DNA from: the human T2T-CHM13v2.0 reference genome, Homo sapiens
DNA length: 64,000 nt
Assembly (NCBI RefSeq): GCF_009914755.1
Contig: NC_060946.1
Strand: one strand, 5' to 3'
Shown: one piece after another, positions 1 to 14,848 of the stretch
Layout of the letters: each line of letters begins with the position of its first letter
Numbering within the stretch: position 1 is the first letter of the stretch
Translations under genes and position numbers: made by a program
The notes under the pieces: model-generated
Told to the model about the DNA's origin: nothing
Seen by the model: only the letters and a program-made list of their open reading frames with translations
Databases searched by the model: none

Positions 1-83
1 ATGGAGATATTTGGCTGAGAGAGAGCCAGGGGAGACCCTGGAAGAATGAGCTATTTGTACAGGCCAGGTACCAACTGCCAGGG

Positions 84-645
84 TGTGGAAGCAGAATTCT
101 AATATTACCCCCAAGATTTCTAGTCCATGGTATATACACACCTTCTCCCAGTTGCTCAGTCAAAATCTAATCTAGGAACTGTTGGGAAGAGATTTTGCAG
201 CTATAATTAAGGTCCCAAATCAGTTGACCTAAGTATAGAGATATTATCTTAGTTGGCCTGACAGAATCACACAAGACCAGATTTAAAATCTGAGTCTAGG
301 GGTTAGAGACATGAAGTGTGAGAGGAATTTGATGGGAGGCAGATGGAAGAGCCCATAAGTCCTGGAATGCGGAGGGCTTTTAGGAGCTGAGAGCAGCCCC
401 TGGAAGAAAATGAGAACCTCAGTCCCACAGTAGCAAGGAATTAGACTCCAAGCTATGAGTGAGCTTGGAAAAGCATTCTTCCCCTAAAAGCTCCAGATGA
501 GACTTCAGCTTGGCTGATACATTGATTTTAGCCTTTGAGGTCCAAAGCAGAGAATCCAGTAACACCATGCTGGGACCCCAACCTACAGATCTGCAAGATA
601 ATAAGTGAATGTTTTGATAAGCCACTAAGCAGTAGAAAACTGAAA
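84..645 (+). mobile_element. MLT1 (MLT1D/E-like) MaLR solo LTR
   Basis: MLT1 motifs: 'gattttgcagctataattaaggtcccaaatcagttgacc', 'cttggctgatacattgattttagcctttgag', 3' 'gataagccactaag'. Confidence 0.75.
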
Positions 646-650
646 AACCA

Positions 651-954
651 GCCTGGGCACAGTGGCTCATACTTGTACTTCAGTACTTTGGGAGGCTGAG
701 TCAGGAGGATCTCTTGAGTCCAGGAGTTTGAGACCAACCTGGGCAACATTGGGAGATCCAGTCTCTGAAAAAAAATTTTAAAAGTAGCAGGGCATGGTGG
801 CACACACCTGTGATCAAATCTACTCAGGAGGCTGAAGTGGGAGGATCGCTTGAGACCAGGAGGTTGAGGCTACAATGAGCTGTGATAATTCCACTGCACT
901 CCAGCCTGGGAGACAGAGTGAGACTCTGGCTCTAAAAAAAAAAAAAAAAAAAAA
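651..954 (+). mobile_element. Alu, AluJ-type
   Basis: Dimeric Alu with J-type 'ggaggatctcttgagtccaggagtttgagacc' and 'ggaggatcgcttgag'; poly(A) tail ends at 954. Confidence 0.93.
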
Positions 955-1542
955 GTGTGTGCGTGTGTGCACACACACTTTTTTATATATACTTTATTTT
1001 ATATATACACACACATATATATATGGTATATTAGGAGTGACCTCAATTGTGTCCTCTTGAATCATCCCAACCTCCCTCCACCATCTTGATGAGCAAAGAA
1101 GCTACTAAGTATTTCATTCATTGTAGAGTTAGCTGAAATACCACATCATGGGCTCCAGGAGATATCTATTTGGAGTAGCCTTTGTTTCCAATAGTGAGTG
1201 GCCAGTGGCAGATAAGAAACTTTAGAAGCAGGGGTTGGGGAAAAGAAAGAGGCAAATTCCTATGGCTTTGACTTCAGGGGAAATGACAAAAAGTTTCTGA
1301 CTTGAGTCTCAATCAAATAAAGTTTTTGTTTGTTTGTTTGTTTCCCCTGTCACCATATACAGATATCACCTAATCTGAGAGTAGAGTCAATTATGTCTTT
1401 TCTTAACAGAACCACAGACTGAATGGTCCTTGGGGCTGGAGTAATGAAGTCGTAGGGGTTGTGGTGTTTCTTAAAGTAAGTTGGTAAACAAGACCAGATG
1501 CACTCCCTCATCAAGCCAAATGAGACTAAATGTAAGATCTGC

Positions 1543-2060
1543 TGTGTGTGTGTGTGTGTGTGTGGTGTGTATGAAGTGTGTGTTTTTGTGTAGACAAGGG
1601 TATGGATTATTTATTGGTACCAGAGTGCACAGCATAGGTGTGTGGTACATATGGGGCAATGTTGCATGTAGGTGAAATTTAAGCGTGGTTGTGGGAAATC
1701 ACATGTGGGTATATCTACGTATAAGTGTATGTGAGGTGTCAGAAGAGGTTAGACGTAATGGGGAGTACGTGTGTGTGACAGTGATTCTGGTCTATTGGTA
1801 TATGAACAGTTAGGAGTGTGAGTGGGAGATGAGTTGCAGGGTATGGTAGGGAAGGAGTTGAGTGTGTAGTTATTTGTCTGCAGGAGACAGTAGGGTATGG
1901 GTTAATAACCATAGTTGTTGATAACATGCCATTGTGTAGGCAAGTATATCTGTGCATGTATGTACAGAGCATGTATGTGAGTCTGTTTGCTGTGGAGGGG
2001 TCTGGGGTGTGATGCACATGAGTGGTAGGGGTGGAGTTGGTGTATCCTGCTCAGCACTTC
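1543..2060. repeat. (TG)n microsatellite and degenerate GT-rich low-complexity tract
   Basis: (TG)~10 at 1543-1563 followed by strongly G+T-biased sequence; a similar tract resumes at about 2265-2520. Confidence 0.7.
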
Positions 2061-2089
2061 TCTCTCCGTCTCTTTCTCTGACATTACCG

Positions 2090-2265
2090 TGTTTAAATTT
2101 CTTATTTATACTTACAACACTCTAAATCTATCTCCTTTATGTAATTATTTATTTGCTTGCTATCTGATCCACTGGAATATAAGCTCCCTGAGAGCAAGAC
2201 CTATCTTATATGCTGGTGTCTTTCAATTTTTAGAACAGTATACATAGCATATGAATCAATGAATG
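2090..2265 (+). mobile_element. L2 3' end
   Basis: 'ccactggaatataagctccctgagagcaagac...tagaacagta...gaatcaatgaatg' resembles the L2 terminus. Confidence 0.65.
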
Positions 2266-3884
2266 TGGAGGATGATGTGATGGAGAGTGTCTGTGCATGT
2301 GAGTATATGTAAAATGATGGTGGGAAATCTACCATGATGGTACAAATGGGATTAGGTGTCTCGTGATCTGTAAGTTAATAGAGGAGTGATATGCTTTGTG
2401 TGTGATTGTGTACCATGTGTGTATGAGTGTGTGGTGAGATGTAAGTATGTGCCTGAAGGGTGTGTGGTAATGAGTGGTAGAGGAAGAGGGAAGGAATGTA
2501 TCTATGATTGAGTGAATGTCATTTGATTTTAGCAATCTCCCTTGACTCACTGGGATGTAGGTTGTCAGGTGCCAACTCACCTGGGGACCTGAAACTGTAC
2601 TGTGTTGTCTTAATGAGGAATCCTGTCTTGACAGCCAGGTCTTGGAAGCCAAAATAGGCCAATAAGACACAGGTAAGGTTAAAGGAAAATAGAAATCTGT
2701 CTTGTTATGTGGTGTCTCAAATAAGAAGCAGATCTTCTTCAGAACCTGTAAGATACTTTATGAGAGCCTAAAATATAGGTGGCTTTGTTTGCAGCAGAGC
2801 CATGTGCTATAGCAACAAGTGCGTGTTTGTTATTTCAGAGCTTGGACTTTATCTCTCAGATCCTGGAGACACTTTTTAAGACCTAGACAATTACATTCTG
2901 AAGGTTTAAATGTCCCTACAATTTCAATTCCTTGTTTCTTCAGCTAGGGAGACTCATCTAATTATTCTTAAATGGTTATTCTTTTGCTTGTTTTTCTAGT
3001 TTTGCTAATAGAAGTTTTAAGTGCCTGCTAATTCTTGTGCCCAATGCTAGAATCTGAGAAGTTTTGGGTATCTTCCGTCTTGTTTAAATGACCTCAATGC
3101 CCTTAATTCGAATTCACCTTGAGTTCTATCTGTTTTCTCTTTTTGGAAAATATATTCTGGGCACTTCTAGACTTCTAGGTTTAGAATCCATCTTTCTTTT
3201 AACCTTTTCCTGTGTTTCTCATGTAGCTGGAGGATGTTTGATTAGTTACATGAATTCTTGCCTTTCAAGAGTGGTATAATGTTAACATAGGCTACCTGGA
3301 TAATTTTTAAAACATATTTTTTTCCTGGAAATATTTGATTAGATGCTTTGCCCTAAAATTTACTTAGTCCGGACACTATAGAAAGCATCTTCCCTGTCTT
3401 CATTTTTAATCTTCTATGTGAAAGGGATTGTCCTATAACCTGAATGTGGAATGAGAGGTGGCAGAGAGGAATATTAAGGAGAAAGAAGACCAAAAAAATG
3501 CCTGGCTTAGGGAAAAAGATTCTGGGATGAGAAGCACCCAAAAGACAAAATCGGCCCATCACTACCATCAGTGTCATCATGACCATCACCCTCATCTTTA
3601 TCAATAACGAGGTAAAGGTACAGAATGTGAACCTTCTGTTTCTCGTCTTCTTTTGATATTAAATCCATATTAAGAGGGCATAGGTCATTGGCTCACTCTA
3701 AGTCTTGGTTGCTTTGATATGGCTTTCATAGAACACAAATTTTATGGGGCCACTTCTCTGCCCAAGATCATTCAGCCTCCCTGTCTATATTCAGATCAAA
3801 CCCAAACTTTTCTGATGGCCAGCCAGGCATCACCATCTCCCAGTCTCATTTGGTGTAAATATTACCTCTGGTTTAAAGTCATCT

Positions 3885-4150
3885 ATTGCTTACCACGTTG
3901 TGCCAGGCTCTGTGACCTGAGGATGTAGAGATGGGAAAGAGATACAGAGTCCCTTCTCTGTCCTCAAGGAACTCACAGTTCAGCGGGAGCGACAAGGTAT
4001 TACAGAGATGATGGCAGCCAAATCTGTGTTGGGCAAATGGGGATGAAATAAAGAGAAGGAGTTAAAAAAATGAAAAGTTGAAAAATAGATGATTCTGGAC
4101 CTGAACCTTGAAGGATGGTACAGTTTCCAAGAGAATGAATGGTTATAAGA
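3885..4150 (-). mobile_element. L2 fragment
   Basis: 'tgtgccaggctctgtg...tcctcaaggaactcacagt...gacctgaaccttgaaggatgg' matches antisense L2. Confidence 0.6.
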
Positions 4151-4378
4151 CAGGGACAGGGTGGCCAGACATAATCTCTGGCTTGGACACCATATACATT
4201 CTAACCTCTTTTTGGTGATGCATATTTATTACTAGAAATATCTGCCTCCTCTTCCTTCCTTTATCCAAGTCCTGCCTACCCTTCAGAGACTGAGTCTAAT
4301 CTCAGCTTTGACGTGAAGCCTTTTGACACCACTGGAAACTTTCCTGGTCCACCCTCTCTTACTCTGAAGTCTGTTTCA

Positions 4379-4742
<364 letters not shown>

Positions 4743-4869
4743 AAGAAAATTCTGAGAACAGGAGATTCAGCTCTTCTCCTTGGAACCATAGCCTGTTCAA
4801 GTCTCAAGTCAGGCAGTCTGGACACCCAGAATAGGGCAGTGTTCACAGATTCTTGAAAGCCAGAATGTA

Positions 4870-5075
4870 ACAGTTGAGAATATGAGGGCTCTTGTGCTTG
4901 TTCAATGTGTACCTTCTAGAAAGTGATTTAAATTTCCTGTGCTTCAGTTTACTCATCTGTAAATTGGGAATGATGGAATAAGTTGCTGTCAGAAGTAAGT
5001 CCATAACTGTAAGGCCTATATAACAAGGCCAGGAAAATGTGGTAAGCGCTAAATAAATGTTGCCTATTATTATCT
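4870..5075 (+). mobile_element. MIR
   Basis: Core 'tgtgcttcagtttactcatctgtaaattgggaatgat'; tail 'gtaagcgctaaataaatgttgcctattattat'. Confidence 0.75.
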
Positions 5076-5094
5076 GATCCAGTCATCCCGAAGC

Positions 5095-5220
5095 CTTTCT
5101 ATTATTTTATAGATGAAGAGAGATGGAGAGAGGAAGTGACCATTCTAAGGTCCCACAGCTAGTAAGTGGCAGAGCTGGGACCATAACTGAAATGTTCTAA
5201 CCCCCAGCCCAGAGCCCTCT
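5095..5220 (-). mobile_element. MIR
   Basis: 'attttatagatgaaga...aaggtcccacagctagtaagtggcagagctggga' is antisense MIR core. Confidence 0.75.
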
Positions 5221-5899
5221 GGGGAGTACCACAGCATGCCTTGGCCACCCCACCAGTCCCAGCCCAACCCTTAACTCATAGCTCCGTATGTGTTTGTCAA
5301 GTAACTGACCACTAAACCCAGCCAGAAGGCCCCCAAAGAAGATCCTGGATGTGGAAAGAGAACAGCTAAACCGTTCCAAATCCCAGTGGTCTGAGCTCTC
5401 CACCTGCCCTTTAGAAAAGACATTGCCTGGAGGCTGAAAGGAAGAGTTAGGGTGGTTTAAAATTAATGCTCTTGGATTGGGCTTAAAAGCTTTACCTTCC
5501 TCTCTATCTTCTGTTACAACCTGAAGGCAACTTGGCTTTTGCCAGCTGAAGAAGCAGCTCCATTTAAAATCCATTAGTATTTTAATTGCAGAGGGATTGC
5601 ACTCCCGCTGCCTGGCTGCAGGCTCTCACTTAGTACCGGGTACCTGAGAACCAATGTGCCAGGCAGCTAGCCAGCCTTGTCCCAGTGCCCTGCAGAGCAG
5701 GGCTGGCCTGATGCTCTTGACCATGCCCCAGTCCCGTTCTCACCTGAACGTTCTGCTCCTGGCTCAGCTAACAGACCAGCAGCTAGGGAGGCAGAAGCAA
5801 TCCTACCTTCTATGCTCTCCGTAAGCACAAACTTGCTGTGTGGTTTCAAGCACATTAGTGTGATTCTCTCGACTGCAATCTCTTTATGATAGATGAGCA

Positions 5900-6060
5900 A
5901 TTATTGAATGCTTTTAGTGCAGCAGGCCCATCCTAATTTACCCAACAACCTAGCAGAGGTGGCATTGTTATCCATTTTATATTCCAGGATGCAGGCTCAG
6001 AGAGGTGAAGTGACTTGTCCAAGGCCACACAGCTGATAAGTGATAGAGTCTGGACTCAAC
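5900..6060 (-). mobile_element. MIR
   Basis: 'ggctcagagaggtgaagtgacttgtccaaggccacacagct' is antisense MIR core. Confidence 0.8.
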
Positions 6061-6214
6061 GCCATGTGGCAGAATGGGAAGAACTAGAAAATTCCATAGT
6101 ATTAATACAGATCCTAGCAGTACCAATGAAAGTATCCTTGAGCAAATCCCTTGAATAAACCAAGCGGCCAACCTTTTATATGAAGAAAAACTTCCTATTT
6201 AATACTCTGCAATA

Positions 6215-6400
6215 TAGTGGTTCTGTAATATGCTTGCACACCTGACTGGCCACTAAAGGTTTGATAAAAACACGGATTCCTAGACCTTAGTCCAGGCCTA
6301 GAGAACTTCAAAACTCTGTAGGAGGGGCTTGGGAATCTGTCATTGAGCAAACTCATGTCTGACATGCAGGAGGGTGTGCAAATGACGGTTAGCTTGCTAG
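6215..6400. mobile_element. MER5-like hAT-Charlie relic
   Basis: 'tagtggttct...gattcctagacc...ggggcttgggaatctg' resembles MER5A/B. Confidence 0.5.
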
Positions 6401-6427
6401 TTCTCACATTCTGTGAGACGATGCCTG

Positions 6428-6850
6428 TGTTAGTCAAGTGCAGTGGGTTAGAGCAGCAGCAAACAAATCTCAAATTTTGTCATATGCCTTAACACAACAA
6501 AAGAGTATTTCCCACTTTTGTAATGTCTGTTGTTAGTGTGGGCACCTCTCCAGAGCAGCTGTCCTCCATGCGGCGGCTCCCCATCCCAGGCTGGCTTGAT
6601 CTATGGCACCTCCATGGCAACATGTGGTTCTATGATGCTCTCTGGCAGAAGAGAAGCCTGGCAATGAAATACTTTTAATATGGAGGGACACACACCACTT
6701 CAGCTTCTATTTCATTCTTCACAGTAAGCCCTACTGACCAGTTCTAACATGAAGGGAGCAGAGAACGGCCATCATCCCTGTGTGACTGGACCAAAGTAGA
6801 GATGAACTGGGTCTTGATAAGCAGTAGAAAGTCCTGTTGTTACAATGACA
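6428..6850 (-). mobile_element. Old MLT1 (K/L-like) LTR
   Basis: 'tgttagtcaag...aaacaaatctcaaatttt...ccttaacacaacaaaag' resembles an antisense old MLT1 end. Confidence 0.5.
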
Positions 6851-6959
6851 TATTGGAACTGCTTGGAGAAACCTTTCATCTCCTCCTGGTTGCATGGATG
6901 AGGAATAAGAGGGAAGGCCAAAGTCCCAGGAATGATTCTTGGGAGTGATCATAGCCATG

Positions 6960-7290
6960 TATTCATTTATTTGTTCATTTACTCATTCCAAAAATACTCT
7001 CTGAGCTTTTATTATGTGTTTGGTAATGGGCCAGGGGATGAAGAAACAAAGTTGCATCATACACAGGATCCTGAACTTAAGGCATTTGGTTAAGTGGGGA
7101 GGGCAGACATGTAAATGGATAATGAAAATAAACAATCATAAATGCTAATTGCAGACAAGATTAGAAAGGATTTTCCAGATGGGGGAATAGTACGTGTAAA
7201 GCCATGGAGACAGAAAACAGCTTGAGATGGTCACATGTCTGGGAGAAATTTTTATGGCTGGGGATTAGAACAAGAGAAAGGAAAGGCTGA
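6960..7290 (-). mobile_element. L2 3' fragment
   Basis: Begins with an (ATTC)-like tail 'attcatttatttgttcatttactcattc', followed by L2 body motifs. Confidence 0.65.
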
Positions 7291-7529
7291 AAGATAGGGC
7301 TGAGTAGGGCTGTGAGGATAAAGAACATGGGAGAACGAAAGTGCTGAAGGAACTAGGGAGAGACCCCAGATGTGCAGTACCTTTTTATCTACATTGCTTT
7401 CTTTTGTGTCCTGGTATTAGGGTAGGAAACATTTTGGTTTGGGATATACTTGGGTTAGAATAATAACTCTCGCCATTATTGAGTGCCTTGGAGAAAGATA
7501 CACAGCTTACTCTCTTTTGTGCATCTGTA

Positions 7530-7936
7530 AAAGAATATCTGAGAGCGAGTGATTTATTTTAAAAAGAGGTTTATTCAGCTTGTGGTTCTGCAGTCTGGGA
7601 AGTTCAAGGGCTTGGCCCTGGGTTCTGATGAGGGCATTCGTGCTGCCTCACAACATGGCTGAGAAGGTCAAATGGGAAGCTGACACGTGTGAAGAAGGGA
7701 AAAACCTGAGGGATATTTTGGCTTTATAGCAACTCACTCTCACAGAAACTAATTAATTTGCATGAGAACAAATCCAATCACTCATTACCTCCTGGGAGAA
7801 TGGCAGCAAGCCATTCATGAGGGACCTGCTCCCATCACCCAAACACTCCCACTAGGTCCCACCTCACAACACTGCTACCTTGAAGATTAAATTTGAGTTT
7901 TAGTGGGGACAAACAAACCATATTTAAACCATGGCA
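7530..7936 (-). mobile_element. MST (MSTB/C-like) MaLR LTR
   Basis: 'aagaggtttattcagct...ccattcatgagggacctgctcccatcacccaaacactcccactaggtcccacctc...aaaccatggca'. Confidence 0.8.
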
Positions 7937-8039
7937 GTACCCTACATCCCTGGACCTGGGAAGAGAGGAGTGAAGTTGGCTGACAGCCCCCAGTCATAAC
8001 TTGAGGATCCAGTGCAGGATTTGCATTGTTGCCACACTC

Positions 8040-8381
8040 TTTTCCTGCTATTCCCAGCCAAGGATGGAGCACAAGGAGAACTAGGGTTGTACCATATCTG
8101 CCCATGGTGGGACTCTTTTAAGAGGACATCTTTGTTTTGGGACACCCAATAGCCCTGCTGTGACTTTCCCAGAGCTGCACCACATCCCAGACTCTTCTTA
8201 CTGAGACCCCCTTCCTTCCCACTCTCCCTTCAAAGCTGTCAGATCTGTATGTGGTCTAAGACCTTCGCATCTTTGCATCTATTCCTACTCTCACTTCCCT
8301 TTATCCTCCTTAGACACTTACCCCAATAAGAGTCCTGGGCTTCTTTTGGCAACTGCTTCCTAGAGAAGCCTAAGTAAGACA
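8040..8381 (+). mobile_element. LTR16-like ERVL LTR
   Basis: 3' end 'ccccaataagag...ctgcttcctagagaagcctaagtaagaca'. Confidence 0.5.
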
Positions 8382-8736
8382 GTGTTATAATGCAAATATT
8401 GTGATTTTTGAAGGAAGGTTTAATGACATAAAATAATGGGTATATAGGAGGTTGACCCTATGTGGGTCCATTTTCTCATGAGCTTATTTTTCCTTGTACC
8501 TTAAAGCCATACGTGACAGTTAAAAATGACATAGGACTTGGAGTCCTCCAGTCTTCATTTCAAATTCTGTCTTTTCACATTTTAGTGTGAAATATTCACA
8601 ATATTCGGCAGTAACTCATCCTTATTGAGTCTCAGTTTTCTTATGATAGGAAATGGGTAGCATCTGCTTTCCAAAGCAGTTCTGAGTGATTGAGGGAGAA
8701 GGTCTGTATTAACATGGAGAGTCGTAAGTTATTGTT

Positions 8737-9093
<357 letters not shown>

Positions 9094-9459
9094 TCATCTC
9101 CTCTTTGTGCCACTTTCCTTTTTACTTAAAGGTCACATGGATACTCATTCACAGCCAGAAGAACATGGGCTTTGAGTAAGGGGTTGGGTTTGCACTAATA
9201 TGTGCATCGTCTTACTATCCAAACTCTGTCTAGTTGTAAAATTTGCTCATGAGTTAGATTGGATTTGAAGTCTGGGCAGGGTTTCCTCAAACAGAACAAA
9301 TGAGGTTCATTCAATATAACTGAATCGTGCACCTCTGTTGTGCCAAACTGGGGACTGGGGAAACTGACATGAAGGGGAAATGGTTCAGCCTTCCAGCAGA
9401 TCATGGTCAAAGGGAAGAGCTTGATTATTGCCATTTGTATCTATCTCCTGTCTGTCCTT

Positions 9460-9870
9460 CACACCTGCCTGGTGCCTTTGCACTTGCTATTCCCTCTGCC
9501 TGGGATAATCTTTATGATTGAATTATTATTATTATTGAATAGTTGATTCCTTCTTCCTTCCTGTCTCAGTTCACAGGTCACCTCCTAGACAGACCTTCCC
9601 TGATTGCCACATCCCAGATAATCTTTGTCAGAATGCACCACTTGTTTTCTTCATAGCACGTATTATACCTTGGAATGAGCTTGTGTTTATTTATTTATAG
9701 TTTTGCTTCCTGGTGGTCTCCTACCTTCTAAATCCCCAGAAAGAATATAAAGAGAGCACTTTATATTCTTCTTCACTTTAGTATATATTCTTCTTCACTT
9801 TAGTATATATTCTTGGGGCCTAAAACAGTGTACTGTCTCAATCGGTATTTACCATTCAATTTATTAAAGA
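9460..9870 (+). mobile_element. L2a 3' region
   Basis: 'gcctttgcacttgctattccctctgcctggga...ggtcacctcctagacagaccttccctga'. Confidence 0.75.
9762..9814. repeat. 22-bp tandem duplication (2.4 copies)
   Basis: tatattcttcttcactttagta repeated exactly at 9762 and 9784, partial copy at 9806. Confidence 0.9.
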
Positions 9871-10439
9871 ATCACTATTGCAAAATACATTAGCTCATGA
9901 ATATAGCCAGGCTTTATTTTTTTCCGACATGAAAATATATCTACATGTTTCCCATTAAATGGAATGAACTGGACTTGACAGGGGGCAACTAATATAGCTT
10001 AATTTTTTCTACCACTGGTCTCCAAGCCTTCTCTGCAGGCTAATTCTTATTGTAACCCTGCAGGAAACTCTCATGCAGGTACCATAGCCCTTTGAGTTCT
10101 TTTTGTTCTCAAGAATAATTTTATTTTGCTAAGTAAACTATCCAATCCAATCTAGTGTCTTAAGTAGAACCATAAGAAATTGCCAGTATTTCTGATATTT
10201 TTGATCTATGTAAATGACGGCTTTACATGGTTCAAACTAATAATGCGGTACAAAACCAAACACAATTCAAATTTAAGCACATTCCCCTCCCTCAGCTTGG
10301 AAGCTGTCCCTCAATGGAGATGAAAGGTGTGGTTGGCTCCTTATCTCTCTCTTGGTCACCTTCTACCCACTGGGAACCTGCTTCTTGTTTCTTCTTTAGG
10401 GTCAGCCCAAATGAAGAGGGCATCAGAGTAGAAGGGGTT

Positions 10440-10707
<268 letters not shown>

Positions 10708-11928
10708 AAGAAGGGCATCTTTTTATGTGGCTGGCGCTGTTGGAAGTTGGTGTTGGGGTGACTTCTATTTTGGACCATTTTTGTGTGTTTTTCTTGGGAG
10801 TTTCCAGCAGGGAAATTCCCTTTCTGATATCAGTGCATTCTCTGAGGGATGGCCTTTTGTTTCCCCATCAGCCACTGGGCCTCTGGTGGTCTGTCCTCTG
10901 ATTGTGTGCCTCCGGGCATCCTCAAGCACAGAAACTTCCAAGATGCTTCAGGCAAGCTCTCTTAGTTGTAGCTGATATCTGGGCTAAGAAAATACACACC
11001 TCTGATCCATCAACAGTGAAAGGATGGCTTCTACCCAGCAGAAGTTATAGTTCATTGATAGCCTCTCACACCAGTCCTAATGATCCCTCAGCCCACTGGG
11101 ACACAGGACAAATTCCCTGTGTGGCCCCATTAACCCTCTCTTATCTAATTTAATATTAAGTGGTGAGCCCCTTCTCTCCACCTTGAGAGGAAAGGAGAGA
11201 AGAGACCCTACAGCACTCTCACAACTCTCTCCAAAGGACTTTGGAGAGTTCTCTCCCCAAATACTTCCAATTCAGTATTTTTATAGGCTGGATATAAGTG
11301 ATTTTGCTGGTAGAACCACTTTTATTGTTTCCTTCCTATTCAGTCCTGAATAGGGGCTCTGTGACTTCTTTTTAGGATGTGAGGATACCCATCATCTATT
11401 ATAATATTTTAGGACTTTGGGGCCTCTGTTGAAATTCTGAGATGACAGGAAGAGCTACCTTTGGTGTCAGTTTCACTTATTTACAATTGTTTATCAAGTC
11501 TTCCCAGGCATTTCATTTTGTAACTGACAGCATCTGAGTACAAGCTTCAAAGTACAGCTGCTTCTGAGCCTATTAGATGGAAATTCGGGAGGCAACTTAG
11601 CTGTCTGTTAGGAGGTTTTAATCAGCTTGGCCTTTGAAAAAGATGGATTACAAGAGCATGTGATCACTGCTGTGAGGGAGATCTTCAAAGTCAGTTTTCT
11701 GCTAGGAAAAGTTGCTAAAAAATACACTGACAAACTGACCAGCCACTCACAGTACTGGGTCATTTAAACGTGGCAGTTGTTGACAGAGTCTGACAAAGAT
11801 CAAATCTCATATCTATTTTTTTTATGATGCTGCACAAAGAGTCTGACATCCAGATGCCGTGAGGAACCATGAAAGGCATTGGATAGAGTTCTAGGGTCTC
11901 TGTCTTTTCCAATAGCAGATACACAACT

Positions 11929-12008
11929 ATAGGTTGGTGCAAAAGTAATTGCAAATTTTGCCATTACTTTCAGTGGCAAAAACTGCAATTACTTTTGGAC
12001 CAACCTAA
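11929..12008. mobile_element. MADE1 MITE (Hsmar1/mariner-derived), full length 80 bp
   Basis: taggttggtgcaaaagtaattgc...gcaattacttttggaccaaccta: near-perfect palindrome matching the MADE1 consensus. Confidence 0.95.
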
Positions 12009-12009
12009 T

Positions 12010-12445
12010 GGTATGGTACCTTAAAACACAAGCTTTGGGGTCAAATAGGCCCAGATTTGAATCCCTGCTTCTTCTCTTATTAACTGGGTGTCATTGGTCA
12101 GATTTTACTTATCTGAAAACCCTAATTGATAGACCTTATTTAAACATTAAACAAGGTAAGTTACATAGTGCTGTGCCTTGGACATAGTAAATACTTGATA
12201 AGTATTAACTACTATTAACAAAATAGTTATTACCAATAAAGTAATTATGAACCCAGAAATCAAACTGCCTGGGCTTGAAACCTTGGCTCTGCTACCTACC
12301 AGCAATGTAGCCTCGTCCATTAAATATGTATATTAATAAAACCTGTCCCGTAGGGTTTTAGAAAGTAACCCAGAGTTAATAAATATAAAATAGAATAACA
12401 CCTAGAACATAGAAGGCTGTTAGCAATTGTTAGCTGTTACTATCC
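12010..12445 (+). mobile_element. Two adjacent MIR relics
   Basis: 'gctttggggtcaaataggcccagatttgaatccctgct' and 'caaactgcctgggcttgaaaccttggctctgctacctacc'. Confidence 0.65.
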
Positions 12446-12618
12446 CTAAGGCCCTCTTTTCCCCCAGGAATTCCATAGATTGGAAACTGATCTATCCAAC
12501 TGCGTAAGGAATGCCTAATTTATTCCTTCCCCCCACCCAACCCAACTCTTTTATTAAGATAGATCAAAGACATTCATTGGTACAGATTTGGATGTCTGAT
12601 TATTAGGGAGGAACCTAG

Positions 12619-12941
<323 letters not shown>

Positions 12942-13505
12942 GGCATTTTTGTTAGCTAATGAAACATTATCCCTCAAATTTTCTTTTAAAAAATTTTGAA
13001 ACAACTCCAAAGTTACTAAATAAATTGCAAACACAGTACCGAATTTTTTTTTCCTAAACCATTTGGGAATAAGTTGCCAACCTGATGTCCTATTACCCCA
13101 GAATACTTAGTATTTCCTTGAAACAATGACATTCTCCTACATAATCACAACACATCCCTTGAATTGGAAAGTTAACATTTACATATCATCACCATCCACT
13201 CCACAGATGCATTCAAGTTTCTATAATTGTCCCAATAATTTCCCTCATAGCTAAAGGATTCAGTTACAAATCATGCATTGCACCTAGTTTTATGTAATCT
13301 TTGTCTTCTTTAGTCTAGAACATACTCAGTCTGTCTTTGACTTCCTGACATTGGCACTTCTGAAAACTGTGGGTCAGTTACTTTGCAAAATGTCTCTCAG
13401 TTTGCTTTTATCTTATATTTCCTTATGATTAGATTTATATTATGCATCCTTGACAGAAATGTAGAAGTAATGCTCTTTTTGTTACTACATCCCACCAAGT
13501 GGTGA

Positions 13506-13835
<330 letters not shown>

Positions 13836-14392
13836 GCATTTCTTTACTTTAATCTCTTGATCAAGGTGGTGTCTTCCAGGCTTCTCCAATGTAAAGTCAC
13901 CCTTCTTCCTTGGGTAACTAAGTATTGTATGGCAAAGTACTTTGACACTACGTAAATATGCCATTGGCATCATATTTTCAAATTATTCTTATCTATATGG
14001 ATTTGTGGTTTTCTATTTCATTCTATAATAATAAAGTTATACAATAAAATAATAAAGTTATGATCTGTCACTATCTTATTTTGATACTCAGGTTTTCCCT
14101 GATTGGGTCAGCAGGGCTCCATTCTAACTGGCTTTAGTTCCCCTTTAACAAGCCCGCATTATTTCTCTCTGTCACAAGATAACCCAGGCTCATCTTACAC
14201 TTTCCCTGCCCCTATCCCTGAAATCATTCACTTCCCAAGGAGCTCTGGTTTCTTCTACTGGAAGATGGTATTAGGAAACCAAAATATGAGCTCTACGTAT
14301 GTTCATTGCTATTGGGACGCCACTAGTCCCAGATCTTCTCAGTGGACAGAGCCAGGGAATGCATGTATTCAGAGTCATACATTTACATCTAT

Positions 14393-14848
14393 TGTCAACT
14401 AATAAGAAATAAACACTGCAGAGCAGGAAACAGAAGAAAAAGTGTTTTGATGGCAGGGGGGTCTTAGGAATTGCAATTCAGGAGACACAGGTCTAGCAGG
14501 CAGCTAAACTGTGTTTTGTCTAGGCAAGGTTACAAAGTTATAAAGTGCTACTGTGCGATTACACATCTGGAAGGTTTTAGTGCAGCCCATGATTGATGAT
14601 GGCTGGTTAACAACTTAGGATGTTTCTGATGATCAATCTAGTTCGGCGTAGCTCTCTTCAGGAGGTTGGTGATCAGGTCCAGTATGAATAGTTAAAATCA
14701 AATGCAGCTGGTTTTACAAGTTGGCCCAGTTCAACGGGTCAAAATCCATCTGGGAATGTACGTGGCTGGGGTTCAGTTCTTACACCCTCCCAGTTCCTTT
14801 TTAGATACTTCTGATATGATCTGTTCCATTTTGGATTTTATTTTCACA
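14393..14848 (-). mobile_element. ERV1-class solo LTR (family uncertain)
   Basis: TG...CA-bounded ~455 bp block interrupting the L1; minus strand starts 'tgtgaaaataaaatccaaaatggaacag'. Confidence 0.5.
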
